A stretch of DNA of 64,000 nucleotides, taken from contig DAOSUS010000008.1 in NCBI GenBank assembly GCA_035378955.1, forward strand, positions 6,668-70,667, in the 5' to 3' direction. A program made the translations under genes and the position numbers. The notes under the pieces are model-generated. The model did no database searches, was not told where the DNA came from, and saw nothing but the letters and a program-made list of their open reading frames with translations. Of this stretch, positions 37,760 to 47,112 are shown piece by piece; within the stretch, counting starts at the first letter, position 1; each line of letters starts with the position of its first letter. This DNA is from Candidatus Hydrogenedens sp. GTDB lineage: Bacteria; Hydrogenedentota; Hydrogenedentia; Hydrogenedentales; Hydrogenedentaceae.

Positions 37760-39931
37760 ATGAAGCAAAAACAAACAAATATCCTTTCTGATATACAAAC
37801 ATTAGACTTATTAGAAAAATATAAAATACCTGCTGCTGATTTTCGCATCTGCCATAATTTAAATGAAGTTATTTCAGCCTCGAAAGAATTAGGATTTCCA
37901 ATAACAATTAAAGGGATGGTAGAAGGGATTGCCCATAAAAGCGATTTGGGATTGGTAAAAACAGGTTTAAAATCGGAAGAAGATTTATTAACAGCAACAA
38001 AAGAAATACAGAACAACTCCCAAAATCATTGTTTATCAGGCTTTTTATTACAAAAACATATTTTTGGGAAACGAGAACTTATTGTTGGAGGAATGAAACA
38101 TAATGAATATGGTTTATGTGTTTACATTGGGATAGGAGGTATTTTTGTAGAAGCGGTAGAGGATGTGGCTTTCCGTGCTGCCCCTATCAGTGAAATTGAT
38201 TTACAAGAAATGATTTCAGAATTGCATTTCAAAAAAATCTTTCAATCTTTCCGCGGAGACCCTCCCATTGATACACAAAAACTTTTTGCCATAATAAAAT
38301 CTATTGAAAATCTATTAGGTAATGAAACAGAAATTAGTCAATTGGAATTAAATCCCATTTTAATACATCATGATGCACCTATTGCCGTAGATGCACTTAC
38401 GGTTAAAGGAAATACCCCTGTAAAGGATATTCAGCCGAGAATTACCTCACTTGATTTTAATAAATTATTAAAACTATTTGAACCAGAAAGTATAGCCATT
38501 GTTGGTATAACAGATACCCCAATCAAATGGGGTTTTCGTGTTCTATTTAATACTCTGGAAGGCGGATATACAGGAAAAATATATGGTGTCAATCCGAAAC
38601 GGAGTGAGGTCTTAAATATTCCTTGCTATCCTTCAATTTCTGCCTTGCCTGAAGTAGTTGATTTAGCAGTTATTATTGTTCCGCCTCCAGCTGTTCAGCC
38701 TTCGGTTCAGGAATGTATTCAAAAAGGTATCCAAGTTGTATTGGTCATAACAGCAGGTTTCGGGGAATTAAATGATGAATTGGCTCAAACCGCTCAAGAT
38801 AAATTAAAACAAATTGCCCTTGAAAATGACCTGTATCTTATCGGTCCCAATTGTGCCGGCGTCGTTAGTCCAGACCCTAAAAAACTGTATTGTTCTATGA
38901 TAGGAAGATATCCACAACCCGGAGGATTAGGCATCTTATCTCAGAGTGGGAATATCGGTAATACAGCAATGAGTTGGGCTATGGAGCATCATTTAGGACT
39001 GTCAAGGTTTATTAGTACAGGGAATGAAGCCGTCATTAAGAACTATCACTACCTAAACTTTTTAGGTTCTGACCCCAAAACGAAAGTAATTTTTTCTTAT
39101 ATTGAAAGTGCAAAAGATATTCATCTTTTCTTCAACGAATTAAAACATGTAACGCAGAAAAAACCAGTAATAATATTGAAAGGTGGTAAAACACAAGCAG
39201 GTTCTCGTGCTGCATCCTCTCATACCGGAGCATTAGCCACGGATTACCGATTATTTCGTGGAATTTGTGTCCAACAAGGAGCCCTACTAACTGAAGATGT
39301 TTATGAAGCCGTAGAGACAGCCCACCTTCTTTCTAATGTTCCACTACCCCGAGGAAGGAATGTAGGTATTTTATCGCAGGGAGGTGGTTGGGGTGTGATT
39401 TCTGCAGATGTATGCACAAAAGCAGGATTAAATGTTATACCTCTATCTGAAAACACATTAAAAAGATTAGATGCCATTATGCCTAAATGGTGGAACCGAA
39501 CAAATCCTGTAGATATGGTAGCAGGGACAGATATGGACTTATTCAAAAATTCTATGGAAATACTAATTCAGGACGAGGAAATTGATATTCTGGTTATTTT
39601 AGGTATTGGCTACATTGGCAGTGCCTATATCCGTTTACAAAATTCAGAACGGGCAAAAAATTTGGGACTTAACAAGCTATCTGAAATCGGAACTCAATTT
39701 GAGATAAAAGATGCAGAAGAAATTGCAAAACTCATGCAAACCTATCAAAAACCTATTATTGTAGCTTCCGACACAACTATTCTATCTCACGGTCAAAATA
39801 TAAACCCCGTGCTAAAAAGATTAGAAGAAATGAACATTTATGTTTTCCAAAATCCAACCAACATGGCCAAAGCTATTGCCCACCTCTGCCGATATAGCGA
39901 ATACATCAGAAATACACCACGAACTTTTTAA
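37760..39931 (+). CDS. acyl-CoA synthetase (NDP/ADP-forming) family, fused ATP-grasp (beta) + CoA-binding/ligase (alpha) domains
   Basis: N-terminal ATP-grasp followed by a CoA-binding Rossmann (IAIVGITDTP...VNPK) and a phospho-His loop region (ASSHTGALA). Length is ~720 aa. Confidence 0.65.
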   Translation: MKQKQTNILSDIQTLDLLEKYKIPAADFRICHNLNEVISASKELGFPITIKGMVEGIAHKSDLGLVKTGLKSEEDLLTATKEIQNNSQNHCLSGFLLQKHIFGKRELIVGGMKHNEYGLCVYIGIGGIFVEAVEDVAFRAAPISEIDLQEMISELHFKKIFQSFRGDPPIDTQKLFAIIKSIENLLGNETEISQLELNPILIHHDAPIAVDALTVKGNTPVKDIQPRITSLDFNKLLKLFEPESIAIVGITDTPIKWGFRVLFNTLEGGYTGKIYGVNPKRSEVLNIPCYPSISALPEVVDLAVIIVPPPAVQPSVQECIQKGIQVVLVITAGFGELNDELAQTAQDKLKQIALENDLYLIGPNCAGVVSPDPKKLYCSMIGRYPQPGGLGILSQSGNIGNTAMSWAMEHHLGLSRFISTGNEAVIKNYHYLNFLGSDPKTKVIFSYIESAKDIHLFFNELKHVTQKKPVIILKGGKTQAGSRAASSHTGALATDYRLFRGICVQQGALLTEDVYEAVETAHLLSNVPLPRGRNVGILSQGGGWGVISADVCTKAGLNVIPLSENTLKRLDAIMPKWWNRTNPVDMVAGTDMDLFKNSMEILIQDEEIDILVILGIGYIGSAYIRLQNSERAKNLGLNKLSEIGTQFEIKDAEEIAKLMQTYQKPIIVASDTTILSHGQNINPVLKRLEEMNIYVFQNPTNMAKAIAHLCRYSEYIRNTPRTF

Positions 39932-40147
39932 TTCATTTATCAATATACTTACAGCAAAACTTATCGTATCTCTTTTGATAATAAAATCTTGTTTTCAATA
40001 GTAGTTTAAATATACCCGTATTTCTCTAATAAACATAATCTTTCCACTCACATAATCCAATTAAAATATTATCTGCACCCGATACAGAACTATCCCCATG
40101 GAAAGATTATCCTTTTTAGAATAACATTACAACCGAATATTTAAAAT

Positions 40148-41011
40148 TTATTTTTTGGGAATTCGAGGTTTGATAATGTGTTCTATCCAATTAATAAATT
40201 CACATTCACGAATTTTATCATCAATTAAATCGTCATCAATTTTATATTGCCAACGAATATACTTCAGGGAGGGATTTTCATGTACCATTTCGAGACGCGT
40301 TACATATATCATCATATCTTCATGGTCTCGAAACATCCCTTGCTGGATAAGTTTTGGCTCACGAGCAATAATCAACCGTGCGACTTCATGAAGATTGTAT
40401 TCAGGGTGGTATTGTGTTGCCCAAAAAACTCCTTTTTTATAATGTACTTCACATGCCTGAACAGTACTCCAATCGTTCCCTGCCAATAAGATTGCGCCAT
40501 CGGCTAATTTTGTTACCTGGTCATCATGACTGACAAAATGAGAATATACTTCAGGCTTCCCCTGAAACATGGGATGTTTTTTCCCTTCTTCCGTCAGTCG
40601 GATTTTTGTAGCAATTCCCATTTCGCGTCCTTTGGGGTGAGGTTCAACCTTTCCACCTGCAGAATAGTTGGCTAATTGAATTCCCCAGCAACTTCCAATT
40701 TGTGGAATTCCTGCTTCATAACAACGCTGACACAAGCGTATATGGGCTTGAACTCTTGGGTCATCTTCATGATAAATTGTCAGATTACATCCGGGCCAGA
40801 TAACCCCAGTGTATTGACTTAATTGTTCATCGGTCGGAGGGACAGCACCTTCATCACTGCTATACCAAATATCATATTCTGCCTCTGGCAAGTATTTTAT
40901 AAGTAAATCAGCATAAAGCACTCCGGCAAGTTTCATGCCTACCTGTTCAAATTGTTCACGGCTTTTCACAGAATAGCCATCTACTATAAGAAATCGTGGG
41001 GCTTTACTCAT
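40148..41011 (-). CDS. class I glutamine amidotransferase-like (GATase1/MetA-like fold) protein
   Basis: Nucleophile elbow GSCWGIQ and downstream QYHPEY His/Glu motif. Confidence 0.45.
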   Translation of the reverse strand: MSKAPRFLIVDGYSVKSREQFEQVGMKLAGVLYADLLIKYLPEAEYDIWYSSDEGAVPPTDEQLSQYTGVIWPGCNLTIYHEDDPRVQAHIRLCQRCYEAGIPQIGSCWGIQLANYSAGGKVEPHPKGREMGIATKIRLTEEGKKHPMFQGKPEVYSHFVSHDDQVTKLADGAILLAGNDWSTVQACEVHYKKGVFWATQYHPEYNLHEVARLIIAREPKLIQQGMFRDHEDMMIYVTRLEMVHENPSLKYIRWQYKIDDDLIDDKIRECEFINWIEHIIKPRIPKK

Positions 41012-41065
41012 ACGAACTACTCCTTATACTACAATTTTTATTTTTATATTCATTAGAAACATCAC

Positions 41066-41827
41066 TTAATTTTCTATATCTAATTCTTGAATAATGTCAG
41101 GCAAGTCCTCATATTTTTTACAAATAGCATCCGGACAGGCACCATCTAAAGGTCTTTCTTTCACTGCTGTCAAAAGCACACCTCTTGCTCCTACGGCTTG
41201 CGGTCCTAAAATATCATTATGCGGACGGTCTCCAACATGGACAATATTTTGTAGTTCAATATCAAAATGTCGGGCTACTGCTTCAAAAACTGCTGGATGG
41301 GGCTTTGATACACCTATTTCATCAGAAAAAACAAAGTAGTCAAAAAAGGGATACATACCCGCTTCTTTTAATAGGATTCGCAAATTTCTGCCAGGTGTAA
41401 AAATAGCATCTGATATGATAGCCAACTTGTATTGTTCCCTCAATTTTCTTAATGCATCTACGGCACCTGGTACAGGGTCGGGCATATATTGAACTTCCAT
41501 ATCTTCGTAAGATACAACTATCTCATCAAAAATATTCTTCGGGAGGGAACGACCTAATCCTTCTAATAAAACCGAAACCCGTTCGGCTACCGTCCAGGTT
41601 ACAAGTTGGTCATGCCATACTTTACGAAAGGCAGCATCCACCACATCGAAAGCAGTATCAACAAGAATACGGTCAATCGGTGCAATTTTTGATAACGCAT
41701 TATAGAGTATTTCTCGCCGTGAAACTTTTTTAGTTTGTAAACCCGCCTTTGCTCTTTTGGGTTCATCACTATCATCAATAAAAAGGCAATCCCATAAATC
41801 AAAGGTAACTACCTTAACCTTTGCCAC
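41066..41827 (-). CDS. HAD superfamily hydrolase
   Basis: N-terminal VVTFDLWDCLF (motif I-like), SKP (motif III Lys) and VGDRPHNDI (motif IV). Confidence 0.6.
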   Translation of the reverse strand: MAKVKVVTFDLWDCLFIDDSDEPKRAKAGLQTKKVSRREILYNALSKIAPIDRILVDTAFDVVDAAFRKVWHDQLVTWTVAERVSVLLEGLGRSLPKNIFDEIVVSYEDMEVQYMPDPVPGAVDALRKLREQYKLAIISDAIFTPGRNLRILLKEAGMYPFFDYFVFSDEIGVSKPHPAVFEAVARHFDIELQNIVHVGDRPHNDILGPQAVGARGVLLTAVKERPLDGACPDAICKKYEDLPDIIQELDIEN

Positions 41828-41919
41828 AATTTATTCTCCAGTTTGTAATATTTTTTTGTTATTTAAATACAATTTTAATGTTTATAGTTATAGAGGGGAA
41901 AGATGTGTAATTATAACAA

Positions 41920-42792
41920 TTATGAACCCCATTTGAAAACAGTTATAACAGGGAAATGGTCTGAGGGATATTTGCCATTCTTGTTATAGACAATTGTCTC
42001 GCATCTTAATGGATGGTAGGGTCCTTTATACAAAATCCAATCAATACGATAATCGGAATTTGAATCCGGGTCTTTAAATCCACACCATGTAGTCAAAGGA
42101 CCTATTTTTTCATCTGCTTTCAACCAAGAATCGTTAAAACCATTACTCATAAAAATCTTCCATGGTTCTGATTTTTCACCTACTGCATTAAAATCGCCTG
42201 TAATTATAACAGGTAAATTTTCACCTTCCTTTTTTACTCTCTCACAGATAATCTCTGCCCCTTTTTGCCGAGCAATCTCACCTTTATGGTCAAGGTGCGT
42301 ATTGATATAAAGAATTTCTTTGCCTGAAGGTTTATGCTTCAATTTTAACCATGTAACAATCCGTGTGCAAACAGTATCCCATGATTTCGAACCGGGTTCT
42401 TCAGGAGTTTCTGAAATCCAGAAATATTTTGTATCTAAAACTTCCCATAAATCTTTCTTATAAAATACTGCTGTTTGTTCACTGGAACCGTCTTTTTCTC
42501 TACCTTTTCCCACATATAAATAAGATGGAATTTGTTCTGCAATATATTTCGCCTGAAAATCAAGACACTCTTGAGTTCCTAATAAATCAGGGTCATAATT
42601 TCTAATTACCTCGACAAGAATATCTTTTCTTTTGTCCCAGTGGTTAGGACCATCCATTGCAGTGCCATAACGAAGATTAAAAGTCATTACTTTAATTGTT
42701 TCTTCTGCAAAACCTTGTTCAGCAAAAAAACAGATATTTGAAATCACGAGGAAACTAAAAGTTAAAAGGACTAAAAATAAAGTCTTTTTCAT
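41920..42792 (-). CDS. secreted endonuclease/exonuclease/phosphatase (EEP) family protein
   Basis: Signal peptide, then VMTFNLRYG, GTQE, and the C-terminal SDHFPV motif of EEP enzymes. Confidence 0.7.
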   Translation of the reverse strand: MKKTLFLVLLTFSFLVISNICFFAEQGFAEETIKVMTFNLRYGTAMDGPNHWDKRKDILVEVIRNYDPDLLGTQECLDFQAKYIAEQIPSYLYVGKGREKDGSSEQTAVFYKKDLWEVLDTKYFWISETPEEPGSKSWDTVCTRIVTWLKLKHKPSGKEILYINTHLDHKGEIARQKGAEIICERVKKEGENLPVIITGDFNAVGEKSEPWKIFMSNGFNDSWLKADEKIGPLTTWCGFKDPDSNSDYRIDWILYKGPYHPLRCETIVYNKNGKYPSDHFPVITVFKWGS

Positions 42793-42890
42793 ATCATTTT
42801 CCTTTTATATAATGTTTTTTTCTTAGACTTCAATATTACGAAATGACTTTTTAAATTATCAAATTTAGAAAAAAACAATCATTCATAGGA

Positions 42891-42931
42891 ACAATAAAAA
42901 AGCACAGGTCACATCAAAATGTGACCTGCGC
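42891..42931 (-). terminator. rho-independent terminator for the small AKKA-peptide gene
   Basis: Minus-strand hairpin GCGCAGGTCACAT-TTTG-ATGTGACCTGTGC (12-13 bp GC-containing stem) followed by TTTTTATTGTT. Confidence 0.55.
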
Positions 42932-42959
42932 TTGAAAGAGTAGTAACTATTGTCCTACT

Positions 42960-43055
42960 TTACTTTTTGCATCCTGCTTTCTTTGCAGGAGCCTTCTTTG
43001 CGGCGGCTTTCTTCGCAGGAGCCTTCTTTGCAGCGGCCTTCTTTGCTGTAGCCAT
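42960..43055 (-). CDS. 31-aa lysine/alanine-rich basic peptide (MATAKKAAAKKAPAKKAAAKKAPAKKAGCKK), histone-H1/HU-tail-like repeats
   Basis: Found by hand. There is an AAGGAGA RBS 6 nt upstream of the ATG. Two near-perfect 30-nt tandem repeats encode AKKA/PAKK units. Lys is encoded mostly by AAG despite the AT-rich genome. The gene has its own terminator and is flanked by ~600 bp of AT-rich non-coding DNA. Confidence 0.5.
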   Translation of the reverse strand: MATAKKAAAKKAPAKKAAAKKAPAKKAGCKK

Positions 43056-43101
43056 TTCCATTCTCCTTTTTATTAGTTTACATAAATTGTAAGTTGCCCA
43101 G

Positions 43102-43131
43102 GGTATACACAACTTTTATATTGTGTATACC
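43102..43131. promoter_or_regulatory. 11-bp perfect inverted repeat GGTATACACAA-N8-TTGTGTATACC upstream of the AKKA-peptide gene
   Basis: Seen directly. It is centred ~60 nt upstream of the ATG at 43055 and no T-tract follows it on either strand, so it is a candidate operator or 5'-UTR stem-loop rather than a terminator. Confidence 0.35.
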
Positions 43132-43472
43132 GATAATATTTATACTACATATAGATACCCTTTGTCAACATAATTTATACTATTCATTAAATACTTTTAT
43201 TTTTATATAAAATTATTATTTTATCTATGTTCATTTTTTTCATTAATTCAATTCAAAAACAGTTTTATTTATATTTTCTTGAATATCAATAACTTATGAA
43301 ATCAAATTTTCTATCACATATAAATTTTATTTTTTGAAAAAGATATAAAATAAGTTATAAGAAAAACTTATAGAGATTATAAGAAATATTTATATAATTT
43401 TTTAGAGGAATAAAATAAAAAACCAATCAAAAATAGTAAAAAACTGATGATAATTAATTATAGTCTGAAAAA

Positions 43473-45005
43473 TTAAACGATAGGCATACTTCGTAATTGG
43501 CGTTTTAAGATTTTTCCGGTAGGACCTTTCGGTAATTGAGGCAGAACGACAACATCTTTAGGCCATTTAAACTTCGCTATTTTCTCTTGTAAAAATTGCA
43601 TAATTTCTTCGGGATGAATTTCTTCTCCTTCCTTTGGAGAGACATAAACACGGACTTCTTCTCCCCGTAATTTGTCAGGAATACCAACTACAGCCGCTTC
43701 TAAAACTTTAGGATGTGTATATAAAATTTCTTCAATCTCCCGTGGATATATATTCATTCCTCCCCGAATAATCAATTCTTTCTTGCGGTCAACAATATAG
43801 AAATATCCATCCTTATCCGTTCGTCCCATATCTCCTGTGTGGAACCAATCATTTAACATAACTTCTGCTGTTGCTTCCGGGCGTTTATAGTATCCTTTCA
43901 TTACATTGTGACCCCGAATTACAATCTCACCTATTTCATCCGGTCCCGCAAATGTCCCATCATCTCTCATAATCCGCATGTCCACACCCCAAATAGGTTT
44001 ACCTATCGAACCAACACGAACTTCTTCTCCTAAAACAGTAAAGGATGCTACAGGACTTGTTTCTGATAAACCGTATCCTTCAAGAATTGTAATCCCATAC
44101 CTTTCTTGGAACCTTTGATGAATATCTGCAGGCAATGCAGCACCTCCAGACACCGCCAAAGTAACACAGGAAAAATCGAACTCCTGCCAATTGGGCGCAT
44201 TCAAAATAAATGCATACATGGTTGGAACCATAGCAAGCACATTGATACGGTCTCTCGCTATGACTTCCATTGCTTTTTGTGTTTCAAATCGGGGAAGCAT
44301 GGACATGGTTCCGCCTCGCATAATACAGGCATTCATAACACAAGTCTGACCGAAGGAATGAAACAGCGGTAAAACGACCAGAGACACCGTACCTGGTTTT
44401 ACTCGGACAATTTCGTGTGAAGCATAATAAGCATTAAAAAACATATTGAAATGGGTTAACTCCGCTCCTTTGGGTGCTCCTGTTGTTCCTGAAGTATAAA
44501 GAATAACAGCAGTGTCATCGGGCATAGTTTGCACAATGTCGAATGTATCGTTTGCTTCCATTAGCAACTTATTAAAATTCTCCCCGGCTTCTAAATCTCC
44601 CATATTATCCATCGGAGGAATAATAATAAGGTGCTTGCAGGAATCCACAGATTGGAATGCTTTTATTGCCTCTTCAGAACAACCATGATATACGAAGAAA
44701 GCAACGGCTTCTGAATCACGAATATAATGTTCAATTTCCATTTTTTGGTATAAAACATTTACAGGAACCACAACTCCTCCTGCTTTTAAAATCCCATAAT
44801 ACACCATAGGAAAATAAGGAAGATTCGGTATCATTACTGCAACTTTATCTCCCTTTTTGAGTCCTTTTTGCTTTAATATATTTGCTACGCGATTGGAGTA
44901 TTTATTCAATTGTTCATAACTGATTTTTATCTGGTTTAAAATTACAGCAGTAATATCTGGATGAGTTTTCGCTGTTTCTTCCAATACATAACCGAGATTA
45001 AGCAT
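43473..45005 (-). CDS. AMP-dependent synthetase / long-chain fatty-acid--CoA ligase
   Basis: AMP-binding motif YTSGTTGAPKG, the GYGLSETS motif, and C-terminal GWFHTGD...K. Confidence 0.8.
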   Translation of the reverse strand: MLNLGYVLEETAKTHPDITAVILNQIKISYEQLNKYSNRVANILKQKGLKKGDKVAVMIPNLPYFPMVYYGILKAGGVVVPVNVLYQKMEIEHYIRDSEAVAFFVYHGCSEEAIKAFQSVDSCKHLIIIPPMDNMGDLEAGENFNKLLMEANDTFDIVQTMPDDTAVILYTSGTTGAPKGAELTHFNMFFNAYYASHEIVRVKPGTVSLVVLPLFHSFGQTCVMNACIMRGGTMSMLPRFETQKAMEVIARDRINVLAMVPTMYAFILNAPNWQEFDFSCVTLAVSGGAALPADIHQRFQERYGITILEGYGLSETSPVASFTVLGEEVRVGSIGKPIWGVDMRIMRDDGTFAGPDEIGEIVIRGHNVMKGYYKRPEATAEVMLNDWFHTGDMGRTDKDGYFYIVDRKKELIIRGGMNIYPREIEEILYTHPKVLEAAVVGIPDKLRGEEVRVYVSPKEGEEIHPEEIMQFLQEKIAKFKWPKDVVVLPQLPKGPTGKILKRQLRSMPIV

Positions 45006-45205
45006 AGCCTGTCTCCTTATTAAATTCTATAATTCTGTAAAAAACATAATACCGAAAAATAATGCGATAAGCAAATTGACATGTATGGGATATTCCATTA
45101 AGTATTGGGAATCTCTTCCTATAAATGTTATATAATCTTGCTTTATTATTTGTTCGTATAGACTTAAATTTTTTTAATTTAATAATATATTTTTCGGATT
45201 ATAAT

Positions 45206-46060
45206 ATGAGAACTCTTTTGACTGCCTACGCTTTGCCAGATATTCCTGTTGTTTTATTTTGGATTTTCATTGCACTGGGTGTTCTTATTCAAGGGATTAG
45301 CAAATCGGGCTTTGCTGGTGGTGCCGGTATTATTTCTGTTCCACTTATGATGCTTGTAATGCCCCCGGATAAAGTTGCTGCCACCTTACTTCCCCTTCTA
45401 ATCCTATGCGACTTAAACGCTATTTATATACATCGAAAAAATAAAATTTGGAAACCTATAATGGAAATTTATATTCCTGCAATTGTTGGAATTCTTATAG
45501 GTTCTTTTATGTGGTGGTATATGGGAGAAAAAGGAATTAAAGAATATGAAAAAATATTGAAGCAATTTGTAGGAATCATCGCTATTACTTTTGCCTTCTA
45601 TATATATGGAAGAGAATTTTCTTTAAAATGGGTAGAGAAAAAGAGTTTTGGAGTTCGTGCCGGGATTATTGCAGGAATTCTTGCGGGCATTACTTCAACA
45701 CTGGCTCATGCTGCAGGGCCTATTGTAAGTCTTTTTCTATTCTCAAAAAATTTAGGGAAAACTTTATTTGTAGGAACAGTTGCATGGACCTTTACCCTCA
45801 TTAACATTACCAAACTACCTTTTTATATTGCGGTAGGACTTGTAGATTGGTCGGTATTAAAATTTGATGTATTTCTAATTCCATTTATCCCTATAGGCTC
45901 ATTCCTTGGGGTATGGCTTCATAATAAAATTTCAGAAAGAACATTTAATTTTGTTATTATGGTATTAACTATCATAATAGGTATTCAATTGTTAATAGGA
46001 ATAAATCCCATTGAAATAATAATAAAAGCATTTGTAAGCACATCATCTTCTGTTACATAA
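45206..46060 (+). CDS. TauE/SafE (DUF81) family sulfite/anion exporter-like membrane protein
   Basis: Two repeated 4-TM halves with GxGGG-like motifs (GFAGGAGIISVP; AGILAGITSTLAHAAGP). The start is placed at ATG 45206 (the track ORF begins at 45125). Confidence 0.6.
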   Translation: MRTLLTAYALPDIPVVLFWIFIALGVLIQGISKSGFAGGAGIISVPLMMLVMPPDKVAATLLPLLILCDLNAIYIHRKNKIWKPIMEIYIPAIVGILIGSFMWWYMGEKGIKEYEKILKQFVGIIAITFAFYIYGREFSLKWVEKKSFGVRAGIIAGILAGITSTLAHAAGPIVSLFLFSKNLGKTLFVGTVAWTFTLINITKLPFYIAVGLVDWSVLKFDVFLIPFIPIGSFLGVWLHNKISERTFNFVIMVLTIIIGIQLLIGINPIEIIIKAFVSTSSSVT

Positions 46061-46068
46061 GAAAACAA

Positions 46069-47079
46069 ATGGAAAACAACAGACCTATAAACTACAAACT
46101 ATCCATTGTAGCCCCTGTGTTCAATGAAGGTTCTTATATAAAAAATTTTGTATCTGAAATTATTGAAGTATTGGATAAGTTAGAGATAACCCAAAATAGT
46201 GAGATTATCCTTGTAAATGACGGGAGCACAGATGAGACCGAGAAGCATCTGGATACTCTGACTGAAACATATCCAGGACTTGTTTATGCTATTCACCTTG
46301 CAAGAAACTTTGGTCAAGCATCCGCTATAACTGCTGGATTGCACTACTCTTCTGGTGATTGCATGATTATTATGGATTCGGATGGACAGGACGACCCGAA
46401 ATGTTTTTCCGAATTTATCGAGTTATGGAAAAAGGGATATGATGTCGTTTTTGCAAAAAGAGCAAACCGAAAAGAGGGCGTCCTTTTTCGTTTTTGTTCC
46501 TGGCTTTTTTACAGACTTTTATCCATTAGTGCTCAAATATCTCTTCCGATAGATGCAGGAAATTATGCACTGATTGACAAAAGAGTAATTGAAGCCATTA
46601 AATTATGTCCTGAGCGGAACCGTTATATTCCGGGTTTACGGAGTTGGGTTGGCTTTAAACAAACGGGCCTTGTTGTTGAGAGAAGAGCCCGTTATGATTT
46701 GAAACCCCGTGTGGGTTTTCGTGGTCTGTGGACACTTGCCATGAATGCTTTCTTCTCTTTTTCTTATGTCCCCCTATTCTTTTTCCGATTTGCAGGTGTT
46801 GTCAGTTTGCTATTATGTTTTGCTCTGATTCTTTTCGCTCTTTACCATAAGTTAATAACAGGGCTTGCCGTAACAGCATGGGCTTCTCAACTCATATCTA
46901 TCTCCTTCTTTGGAGGAATTAATTTGATAGGAATTGCTCTTTTAGGCGAATACATAGCACGGATATACGATGAAGTGAAACAAAGACCTTTATACATTTG
47001 CGCTCGGACTTCAGGTTTACAGAAGGGAAATAAGTCGAAGATTAATAGTCCAAACGATGGAAATCATGATAAAATATGA
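46069..47079 (+). CDS. GT2 family polyprenyl-phosphate glycosyltransferase (Dpm1/ArnC/GtrB-like)
   Basis: SIVAPVFNE...LVNDGSTD...DSDGQDDP (DxD) and two C-terminal TM helices typical of lipid-phosphate sugar synthases. Confidence 0.75.
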   Translation: MENNRPINYKLSIVAPVFNEGSYIKNFVSEIIEVLDKLEITQNSEIILVNDGSTDETEKHLDTLTETYPGLVYAIHLARNFGQASAITAGLHYSSGDCMIIMDSDGQDDPKCFSEFIELWKKGYDVVFAKRANRKEGVLFRFCSWLFYRLLSISAQISLPIDAGNYALIDKRVIEAIKLCPERNRYIPGLRSWVGFKQTGLVVERRARYDLKPRVGFRGLWTLAMNAFFSFSYVPLFFFRFAGVVSLLLCFALILFALYHKLITGLAVTAWASQLISISFFGGINLIGIALLGEYIARIYDEVKQRPLYICARTSGLQKGNKSKINSPNDGNHDKI

Positions 47080-47112
47080 ATATGAACTTAACAACGAAAT
47101 AAGGAAGAACCT

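Noticed and set aside
40030-40106. 9-bp inverted repeat ATCTTTCCA ... TGGAAAGAT between convergent acyl-CoA synthetase and GATase-like genes
   Set aside because: The arms are 59 nt apart with no T-tract. It is too loose for an intrinsic terminator and too short to distinguish from chance.
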